The notes beneath the pieces were generated by a model that ran no database searches, was not told where the DNA came from, and worked only from the letters and a program-made list of their open reading frames with translations. Below, one piece after another: positions 27,416 through 34,923 of a DNA stretch of 64,000 nucleotides. Location: positions 66,416 through 130,415 of the forward strand of contig CAZHYZ010000002.1 in assembly GCA_964537195.1 (NCBI GenBank). The letters are read 5' to 3'. Made by a program: the position numbers and the translations under genes. Position 1 is the stretch's first letter. The number at the start of each line of letters is the position of its first letter. This DNA is from an uncultured Methanosarcinales archaeon. GTDB lineage: Archaea; Nanobdellota; Nanobdellia; Woesearchaeales; GW2011-AR15.

Positions 27416-28331
27416 CTCTTAAAAGTTTAAGCAATAGAGCTTTTTGCATGTGTAATCTGTTTTCTGCCTGATCAAACACCACGCTTTGAGAACCATCTAT
27501 TACTTCTTCTGTTTGTTCCATTCCTCTTTGTGCTGGAAGGCAATTCATGAAAATAGCATCTTTTTTTGCATTCTTCATTAAATCAGAGGTTACTTGAAAA
27601 GGTTTTAATACTTTTATTCTGTCTTTTTTTTCCTCTTCAGGAACATGATAAGACATCCAGGAATCAGTATATACTATGTCTGCATCTCTGGTTGCCTCTT
27701 CTGGATTGTCTGTAATTATTATTTTGCTATTCTCTGCAAGACTTTTTGCCTTTTCTAATACTTCTTTTAATGGTTCATATTCTTCTCCCTTTGGACAACC
27801 AACAGATATGTCAATACCCATATTAGCACACCCAAACAAAAGAGAATGAGTTACATTGTTTTTTCCATCTCCCAAATAACCCAGTTTTAAGCCTTCTAAT
27901 GTTCCTTTTTTCTCTTTTATGGTCAGGAAATCAGATAATATTTGGCAAGGATGTGAAAAATCTGTTAGACCATTTATAACGGGAACAGAGGAACTCTTTG
28001 CCAACTTTTTTAATTGTGAATGAGAGTATAGTCTTGCCATGATTACATCAACATATCTAGAAGCTGTTTTGGCAGTATCAGAAACAGATTCTTTTTTCCC
28101 CATAGGTGAATCTTTTAGATCATAAAATATGGCATGTCCACCTAATTGAGTCATACCAACCTCAAAACTAACACGCGTTCTTAAAGAAGGTTTTTCAAAC
28201 ATCATCAATAAAGATTTTTGTTTTAATTTCTCTTTGTACTCCCCAGAGTTCTTTTTTATTCTCTCTGCTAAATCTATTAATTCTAGGATTTCTTTTTTAC
28301 TTAAGTCTGTTAGATCAATTAAATCTTTCAT
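27408..28331 (-). CDS. Ornithine-carbamoyltransferase-like transcarbamylase with a divergent substrate-binding loop
   Basis: SLRTRVSFE (STRTR), HPCQ (HPxQ) and NCLPAQRG (HCLP) motifs are present. The ornithine-binding DxxxSMG loop is replaced by DSWMSYH. Confidence 0.7.
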   Translation of the reverse strand: MKDLIDLTDLSKKEILELIDLAERIKKNSGEYKEKLKQKSLLMMFEKPSLRTRVSFEVGMTQLGGHAIFYDLKDSPMGKKESVSDTAKTASRYVDVIMARLYSHSQLKKLAKSSSVPVINGLTDFSHPCQILSDFLTIKEKKGTLEGLKLGYLGDGKNNVTHSLLFGCANMGIDISVGCPKGEEYEPLKEVLEKAKSLAENSKIIITDNPEEATRDADIVYTDSWMSYHVPEEEKKDRIKVLKPFQVTSDLMKNAKKDAIFMNCLPAQRGMEQTEEVIDGSQSVVFDQAENRLHMQKALLLKLLRVE

Positions 28332-28332
28332 T

Positions 28333-28569
28333 TTAAAACATCCTGTAATAATTTTCTTTATCTTCTTTTTTCAAATTTAAAGAAGACCAATAACTTTCTC
28401 TTTTCATCTTAGTTTCTAAAAACTCTTTTTTAGCTATTTTTGCTATGATTGAGGTTATCCCAACACCAACAAGATAAACAATAGAAAGTAAAACAGAATT
28501 AATTATTATTGAGATATTCTCCCCAAAATCTTTAAACCCTCTTTTGAAACCAATAAACAAGTCTTTCAT
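28333..28569 (-). CDS. Small membrane protein (78 aa)
   Basis: One or two TM segments (IIINSVLLSIVYLVGVGITSIIAKI). It sits between the transcarbamylase and the next small ORF with an ATGA overlap. Confidence 0.35.
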   Translation of the reverse strand: MKDLFIGFKRGFKDFGENISIIINSVLLSIVYLVGVGITSIIAKIAKKEFLETKMKRESYWSSLNLKKEDKENYYRMF

Positions 28570-28763
28570 CTTAGATACCTCTTTAGGATAAATCCAAAAA
28601 GGGTGATGGATAAAGTAATGGTTATGATTTTTAGTAAGTTTCCTTTACCCACAAAATTCAAAACAAAAAATAACACCATAGAAAAAAACGAAAAACCAAC
28701 TAAGAAACCCAGAAAGTAACCGAACTTATACAATTTTTCATTTCTTTGAAAAGCCTTAATCAC
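28566..28763 (-). CDS. Small membrane protein (65 aa)
   Basis: Two predicted TM helices (FGYFLGFLVGFSFFSMVLFFVLNFV; IITITLSITLFGFIL). It overlaps its neighbours by a few nt. Confidence 0.35.
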   Translation of the reverse strand: MIKAFQRNEKLYKFGYFLGFLVGFSFFSMVLFFVLNFVGKGNLLKIITITLSITLFGFILKRYLR

Positions 28764-29700
28764 GGTCTTCTAAAATTTTTTCAAAATAATTAATTGTTTT
28801 TTTCAAGCCCTCTTCAAATCCAACTTTTGGTTCCCAACTCAATAGTTTTCTTGCCTGTGAGATGTCTGGCTGTCTTTTACTAGGATCATCTTTGGGTAAT
28901 GGAAGATACTTAAATTCAGATTTTGCTCCAGTAATCTTTTTAATTAACTCAGCAGTTTCCATAATTGAATATTCTTTTGGATTTCCTAAATTTTTAGGAC
29001 CAATTTCTTTTGATTTCATCATTTTTATTAATCCTGATACCATGTCATCTATATAACAAAAAGACCTTGTTTGGGAACCATCTCCATATATAGTGAGGGG
29101 GTCGTTTTGCAAAGTCTGAGTAATAAAATTAGGAATAACTCTGCCGTCATCTATTCTCATTCTGGGACCATATGTGTTAAATATTCTTACTATTTTAACA
29201 TCAACATTATATTCTCTATAATACGCCATCAAAAGTGCTTCACCAAATCTCTTGCTTTCATCATAACAACTTCTTATACCAACAGGATTAACATTTCCCC
29301 AATAAGATTCTTTTTGAGGATGTTCTCTTGGTTCACCATATGCTTCACTTGTGCTTGTGAAAAGAATGACGGCATTCTTTGCTAACGCTAATTTTGCCAT
29401 TCTGTCTGTCCCAACAGAATTTGCTAAAGCAGTCTCAACAGGATATTTTTGATAATCTTCCGGACTAGCTCTAGATGCCAGGTGAAATATCCAGTCAATC
29501 TTACCTTCAATTAATTGTAATGGTTCTATGATGTTGTGTTTTATAAATCTAAATTTTTTATTATCGGTAAGGTGTCTCACGTTTTCAAAGGTTCCACTAC
29601 CGAGATTATCTACACAAATTACTTCGTGCCCTTCTTTTAGAAGTTGTTCACAGAGATGGCTTCCTATGAATCCTGCTCCCCCAGTTACGAGTACTCTCAT
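28756..29700 (-). CDS. uxs: UDP-glucuronate decarboxylase (UDP-xylose synthase)
   Basis: MRVLVTGGAGFIGSHL and SCYDESKR (YxxxK), with high overall collinearity to UXS/ArnA-decarboxylase SDRs (..FNTYGPRM..). Confidence 0.75.
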   Translation of the reverse strand: MRVLVTGGAGFIGSHLCEQLLKEGHEVICVDNLGSGTFENVRHLTDNKKFRFIKHNIIEPLQLIEGKIDWIFHLASRASPEDYQKYPVETALANSVGTDRMAKLALAKNAVILFTSTSEAYGEPREHPQKESYWGNVNPVGIRSCYDESKRFGEALLMAYYREYNVDVKIVRIFNTYGPRMRIDDGRVIPNFITQTLQNDPLTIYGDGSQTRSFCYIDDMVSGLIKMMKSKEIGPKNLGNPKEYSIMETAELIKKITGAKSEFKYLPLPKDDPSKRQPDISQARKLLSWEPKVGFEEGLKKTINYFEKILEDRD

Positions 29701-29782
29701 GGGTTTTTTGAATTATTACCTTATTATAAACTTTTTTCTTTTCATCAATAATTTTAATAAGACATTGCATTTTTAGAGAAAC

Positions 29783-31771
29783 ATGATTTTGGGAAAAATA
29801 TTTGGGAAGATAACCACAACCCAGTTTAAATTTTTAGTAGAAAAAGAAACTAAAAAATTTGAGTTTGTTCAAGTTCCTCATAAAGTTTATGATTATGTTC
29901 TTGCACAAGTAGTTGAAATAGAAAGAACAGATAAAGATATTGCAAAATGCATAGTAATTGGTTACAGAGATGAAAAAGGCAGAATAAAACCAATAAGGAT
30001 ACCTTTCGATCAAAATGTAGAAGTTTTGCGCGCAGAATCTGACTTCATAAAAAAAATAATTCAGTTAGAAGATACAGAAAAAGGAGCTTATGTAGGAAAG
30101 TTAGAGGGAACAGATATTGAGATTGATTTAGATCTAAAGAAACTACTAACAAAACATGTTGCAGTATTAGCAAAGTCTGGAGCAGGGAAGTCATATACAG
30201 TGGGTGTATTAATAGAGGAAATAATTGATAAAAATGTGCCCATATTGATTATAGATCCTCATGGAGAATATTCAAGTTTGAAACAACCAAACGAGGAAGA
30301 AAAAGAAGACCTTGCAAAACAAGGTCTAGCACCAAAAACTTTTAAGAACATTGTGGAGTATGGAGACACAAAACTTAATCCACAGGTTAGACCCTTGCGA
30401 TTAAATAATAATCTTACGCCACAGGAGATTGTCCATCTCTTTCCTGGAAAACTAAGTAATACTCAGATGGGTATTCTCTATAGTGCGATGAAACACATTG
30501 ACAAAGTCAATTTTACAAACGTGCTTTTAGAACTTGAAAAAGAGGAATCTAACACAAAATGGACAATAATAAATAATTTGGAATATCTTAATAATCTTAA
30601 TATCTTCTCAGACACACACATTCCTTATAATGAGTTAATTCAGCCGGGAAAATGTTCTATAATAAATCTAAAAGGGATTTCACCTGATGTCCAAGAGATA
30701 ATTGTCTACAAATTAACAAAAGATTTGTTTGAAAGAAGAAAAAAAGAAAAAATTCCTCCTTTCTTTATGGTTGTTGAGGAAGCACACAATTATTGTCCTG
30801 AAAGGTCATTTGGAGAATCAAGAAGTTCAAAAATTATGCGGACAGTTGCATCTGAGGGAAGAAAGTTTGGGATGGGGCTTTGCGTAATAAGTCAGAGGCC
30901 TGCCAGAGTAGACAAGTCAGTGTTAAGCCAGTGTACAACCCAGATAATCATGAAAGTCACAAACCCGAACGACATAAAAGCAATTTCTAATAGTGTAGAA
31001 GGGATTAATGCTGAGTCAGAAGAAGAGATAAAAAATTTACCTATTGGCACAGCATTAATTACTGGAATAGTGGACATGCCACTTTTTGTTAACATAAGAC
31101 CGAGAATGACTAAACACGGGGGTCATGCGCAGGAGATTCTTGAAACTGTACAAGATGAAAAATTTTTTGAAAAAGTCGAGGAATTTAAAGAAAAAGAACT
31201 GCTTCCAATAATAAGACCAAAAATTAGTATAAAAGATATTAAATTAATGACAGATAAAGAAATTGATGATATCTTTACCGTATTGATTCCGGCACATTTG
31301 TTTTTATGTTCAAATGGGAAAGGGGAATATAACTTGCTTGTAGAAGGAATAAATGGAGAGGTTGTTACAAACGTAGAAGAATTCGAGACAAAAAAATTAC
31401 CTTCTTTAGAAAAACTCACTCCTGTTCAGGTTAAGATTCTTCATCTAGGGTTCAAATTGAAAATTTTTTCTGAAGAGGACTTGACAAAAAAAGGGTTGCC
31501 AATAGATTCAATGAGCCAATTATTAAAATTAAAGAAGGTGAACTTAATAGAGGAAAAAGGAGGTAAATATAGTCTCTCAGAGGATTATGTCTTTTCACAA
31601 TTATCTAAACATGCATGTTACGACAAAATTGAGTTTTTAAACATCAATTACCATAGAAAAAAAGATTCAAAAAAGAGTGTTGATGATATTAGAGAAAAAC
31701 TTTCAAAATTTACAAACATAAAAGATCAAAGGGACTGTTATGTTCTGAAGTATAATATAAATTACAAATAA
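29783..31771 (+). CDS. herA: HerA-family hexameric ATPase/helicase (DUF87) with a ~220-aa C-terminal extension
   Basis: Walker A AKSGAGKSYT, IIDPHGEY, Walker B VVEEAHNY and ISQRP. The HAS-barrel N-terminus is present. Residues ~440-662 have no known counterpart. Confidence 0.75.
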   Translation: MILGKIFGKITTTQFKFLVEKETKKFEFVQVPHKVYDYVLAQVVEIERTDKDIAKCIVIGYRDEKGRIKPIRIPFDQNVEVLRAESDFIKKIIQLEDTEKGAYVGKLEGTDIEIDLDLKKLLTKHVAVLAKSGAGKSYTVGVLIEEIIDKNVPILIIDPHGEYSSLKQPNEEEKEDLAKQGLAPKTFKNIVEYGDTKLNPQVRPLRLNNNLTPQEIVHLFPGKLSNTQMGILYSAMKHIDKVNFTNVLLELEKEESNTKWTIINNLEYLNNLNIFSDTHIPYNELIQPGKCSIINLKGISPDVQEIIVYKLTKDLFERRKKEKIPPFFMVVEEAHNYCPERSFGESRSSKIMRTVASEGRKFGMGLCVISQRPARVDKSVLSQCTTQIIMKVTNPNDIKAISNSVEGINAESEEEIKNLPIGTALITGIVDMPLFVNIRPRMTKHGGHAQEILETVQDEKFFEKVEEFKEKELLPIIRPKISIKDIKLMTDKEIDDIFTVLIPAHLFLCSNGKGEYNLLVEGINGEVVTNVEEFETKKLPSLEKLTPVQVKILHLGFKLKIFSEEDLTKKGLPIDSMSQLLKLKKVNLIEEKGGKYSLSEDYVFSQLSKHACYDKIEFLNINYHRKKDSKKSVDDIREKLSKFTNIKDQRDCYVLKYNINYK

Positions 31772-31772
31772 G

Positions 31773-32678
31773 ATGGTCTTTCTATCAAACATAGTGGATA
31801 AAGGATTGGTTCCCTATGAGAAATGGGAGTCTTACATAGACTCACTCACAACTAAAAAAACAATAAAGAATGAAAAAGAAGCAGTGGATAAATTAAGAGA
31901 AGTCTTTCTTAATGCAATAGAAAAAAGACTACCAAATGAAAAATTTGGCATATTTTTCTCTGGAGGTGTTGATTCTTCACTAATAGCTTTGGCTTGTAAA
32001 AGATTTAATAAAAAATTCACTTGTTATACTGTCGGTGTTGGCAATTCTAAAGATGTTGTTTGGTCAGAAAGAGTAGCTAGGGAACTTGGTTTAGATTACA
32101 AAATAAAGATTTTCGAATTAGAAGAGATGGAGACACTTTTTAAAAACACAGCTGTAACGCTAGGACCGGAGTTAATTAATATTATTAATCTGGGTGTTGG
32201 CAGTGTAGAACTAGCAGCCATTAAATTTGCAAAAAAGGATAACCTAAAATTCCTTTTTTCAGGATTGGGAAGCGAGGAAATATTTGCAGGTTACAGAAGA
32301 CATGAAAACGCAGAAAAAATAAATCAAGAATGTTGGTACGGCCTAAAAACAATGTGGAAGAGAGACTTCTTAAGAGAGTACACATTAGCAACAAAGAAAA
32401 AAGTTGAATTACTAACACCTTTTTTAGATAAAGAACTAATTAAGATTGCAATGCAAATTCCTGGAGAAATGAAGATAAAAAAGAGATATAAAAAATACAT
32501 TCTTAGAAAAATGGCACTTTCTTTAGGACTAAAAAAAGAATTTGCATTCAGACCTAAAAAAGCAGCACAGTATGGAAGCAATTTTGACAAAGCGTTGTTA
32601 AAAATCACAAAGAAACACAATTACAAATACAAAAAAGAGTATCTATCAAAACTTAAAAAATTAAGTAAGGATAAATAA
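31773..32678 (+). CDS. Stand-alone asparagine-synthetase C-terminal-domain-like PP-loop ATP pyrophosphatase
   Basis: PP-loop FFSGGVDSSLIA. There is no N-terminal glutaminase domain. Length is 301 aa. Confidence 0.6.
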   Translation: MVFLSNIVDKGLVPYEKWESYIDSLTTKKTIKNEKEAVDKLREVFLNAIEKRLPNEKFGIFFSGGVDSSLIALACKRFNKKFTCYTVGVGNSKDVVWSERVARELGLDYKIKIFELEEMETLFKNTAVTLGPELINIINLGVGSVELAAIKFAKKDNLKFLFSGLGSEEIFAGYRRHENAEKINQECWYGLKTMWKRDFLREYTLATKKKVELLTPFLDKELIKIAMQIPGEMKIKKRYKKYILRKMALSLGLKKEFAFRPKKAAQYGSNFDKALLKITKKHNYKYKKEYLSKLKKLSKDK

Positions 32679-32810
32679 CAGTGCTACTACGAACAAAAGC
32701 ACGAATAGAAACATATTAACCCAGTCTACAGATTTGCCTTTTTTTATTGCTCTTTTCTTTGTTTTCTTTTTCCTTGGGACGTAAAGTCCTGATCTGCTAT
32801 ACTGTATCAT
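32661..32810 (-). CDS. Small tail-anchored membrane protein (49 aa), possibly Sec61beta/SecG-like
   Basis: Minus-strand ORF MIQYSRSGLYVPRKKKTKKRAIKKGKSVDWVNMFLFVLLFVVALLFILT has a basic N-terminus and one C-terminal TM. It is not in the ORF track. Confidence 0.3.
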   Translation of the reverse strand: MIQYSRSGLYVPRKKKTKKRAIKKGKSVDWVNMFLFVLLFVVALLFILT

Positions 32811-32856
32811 ACATAACCGCAATCTCTTTAGTTTTATTCATTATTTATATAGATTA

Positions 32857-33837
32857 CTAAGTTTTTTTCTTTTTTATTTTTGGAGCCTTTTTATTTAGTC
32901 TAGATAACAAAGTTCTATACTTTAAAAGACCTTTCTTTGCACCCTGGGTTGTTATTACTGATTCAGCATTTAAGAGTCCTAATTTAAGACTGTCTTCTAC
33001 ACTTCTTTTCTTGATTTTGCAAGCCAAGAAAGTTGAGGCAAAAGCATCTCCTGCACCCGTGGTTTCAGTTACCTTAATTTTATTAGCTAAAACTTGCAAC
33101 AAAGTTTTTCCTTTTAATGTATATGCTCCCCTTTTTCCATCTGTAATAACAACTTGTTTTGGTCCGTGTTGCATTAAGTTTTCTATTAATTTTACCATGT
33201 TATGTTTTCCAGCCAGTAACATGGCTTCATCCTTGTTTAATATAAGTAGTTCAGTTCTAGACAAAACGTCTTTCAAATAATGATACCCTTTTTCTGCCAG
33301 ATAATTACTGGGGTTAAATGCAACCTTTATATTGTGTTTCTCACCATGTTCTGCTAGTTTTTCTAGTGTTTCAAAAGACTTACCAACCATACTGGAAAAA
33401 TAGAACCATTTTGTTTTGATTTTGTTTTGATTTATTTCTCCATAACTAAGATTATTATTTACGCCCTTAAAAGCCAGGATAGTTCTATCGCCTTCTAGAC
33501 TGTCAAGAATTATAGAATAGCCAGACCTACCTTTTGCTTTGATCCCAACAAAGTCTATTTTTTCATTTTTTAACATTTCTAATATTATTCTGCTATTGCT
33601 GTCATCTCCAATTTTTCCTAAATAGGCGGTTTTTAATCCAAGCCTAGATAAAGACACGGCAGTATTTGTACCCCCTCCCCCTGTTAGGAGGTTTAGTTCT
33701 TTTATCAGTATCTTAGAACCACTGGGATAAGCAATTAGTTCATCTGTGTGGTTGACAGATTTAATTTTAATTAACTCAGATTCAACTTGTGCGAATGCGT
33801 CAACAGTAGAAGATCCAACAGTTATTACGTCATACAT
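32857..33837 (-). CDS. PfkB-family carbohydrate/nucleoside kinase (ribokinase fold)
   Basis: GGGGTNTAVSLSRLG N-terminal motif and TTGAGDAFASTF C-terminal anion-hole motif. A Lys-rich tail follows. Confidence 0.8.
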   Translation of the reverse strand: MYDVITVGSSTVDAFAQVESELIKIKSVNHTDELIAYPSGSKILIKELNLLTGGGGTNTAVSLSRLGLKTAYLGKIGDDSNSRIILEMLKNEKIDFVGIKAKGRSGYSIILDSLEGDRTILAFKGVNNNLSYGEINQNKIKTKWFYFSSMVGKSFETLEKLAEHGEKHNIKVAFNPSNYLAEKGYHYLKDVLSRTELLILNKDEAMLLAGKHNMVKLIENLMQHGPKQVVITDGKRGAYTLKGKTLLQVLANKIKVTETTGAGDAFASTFLACKIKKRSVEDSLKLGLLNAESVITTQGAKKGLLKYRTLLSRLNKKAPKIKKKKT

Positions 33838-33870
33838 ATTATCTGACTATATGAACAATACTTTATAAAT

Positions 33871-34845
33871 TTAACTTATGCTATCAAGAATTTCATGTGC
33901 ATTAACACTATGGAGATAAGGTTTTATTTTTTCGAAATCTTTTTTAAGCAAAAATCTTAGTTGTATTTGTAGGGTTTCTCTTTCTTTGTTAGATACTAGG
34001 GCAAACCGGTCAGCTTCAACTAAACCATATGGATAACCCAGAAAAATAGGGTCTTGGCTATTTGATTTTAATAATGAGAATATTTCGTCTACTTTCTTAG
34101 GGACATTAATTTCTACTCTGAAAACATAATCTGATTTTGAGTGTAGCTTTGCCAGATATAAATTTGAGGTCCCAACATCATAATACCAACTTTTTTTATC
34201 TGTTAATTTTCCAAGATGTGCAGAAGCAGAATCACCTTTTTTTGTAAGTAGTTGTGTTGTCTTTGAAAAACCACACACAACTTTTTTATCCAACAATTTC
34301 TTCAATAAATCTTTTTCATAAGTGTATTTTGGTTCTAAGGAGCCATCTATAATTATGATGCCTTCTTCACTTATTTGTCTAGCTATTTCAAGTTCGGAAA
34401 ATCTTCTAGTTATATCACCAATAATAGAGATTGGTACACGATTATTTCCTCTGGTGAGTGTTTTATCGAATGAATCAAACACGTAAACACTAAGATTCAA
34501 CTTTTCTTTAGGAAAATAATTTTCAGTCTTGTATGTTATTTTGCCTTTTTTTTCCTCAGTAAAAATCAAAGTAAAAAATTCGTGTCTCTTCGAAGACAAT
34601 CTTTTGTTGTCTTTGTAGATCACATAATAGATTCTGTTAAAAAACAATGAAAGCGAGGGACTTTTTATTATTTCAAGATTCCCACCGTCTATGAATATAA
34701 GATTATTATGGACACTTGTTTTTTTTATGTTTTTGAATCTCTCTTGCTTTAATCTGATTGGAGAAATTTCTGGAGTTTCTAGTAATAAAGAATCTTCTCC
34801 ATCATATGTTATTTTTTGTTTTATTCGTTTTATGAGTTCTTTCAT
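33871..34845 (-). CDS. nurA: NurA-like 5'-3' nuclease (putative HerA partner)
   Basis: N-terminal LIFIDGGN and central IIIDGSL motifs resemble the NurA catalytic D and DGS motifs. Size (324 aa) fits. Confidence 0.45.
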   Translation of the reverse strand: MKELIKRIKQKITYDGEDSLLLETPEISPIRLKQERFKNIKKTSVHNNLIFIDGGNLEIIKSPSLSLFFNRIYYVIYKDNKRLSSKRHEFFTLIFTEEKKGKITYKTENYFPKEKLNLSVYVFDSFDKTLTRGNNRVPISIIGDITRRFSELEIARQISEEGIIIIDGSLEPKYTYEKDLLKKLLDKKVVCGFSKTTQLLTKKGDSASAHLGKLTDKKSWYYDVGTSNLYLAKLHSKSDYVFRVEINVPKKVDEIFSLLKSNSQDPIFLGYPYGLVEADRFALVSNKERETLQIQLRFLLKKDFEKIKPYLHSVNAHEILDSIS

Positions 34846-34923
34846 TAATTAAAGCATAATGTGTTAAATTTTAAAATTTATGCTACAAAACCTTTTTATA
34901 AACTATACTGATTCTATTAATTT

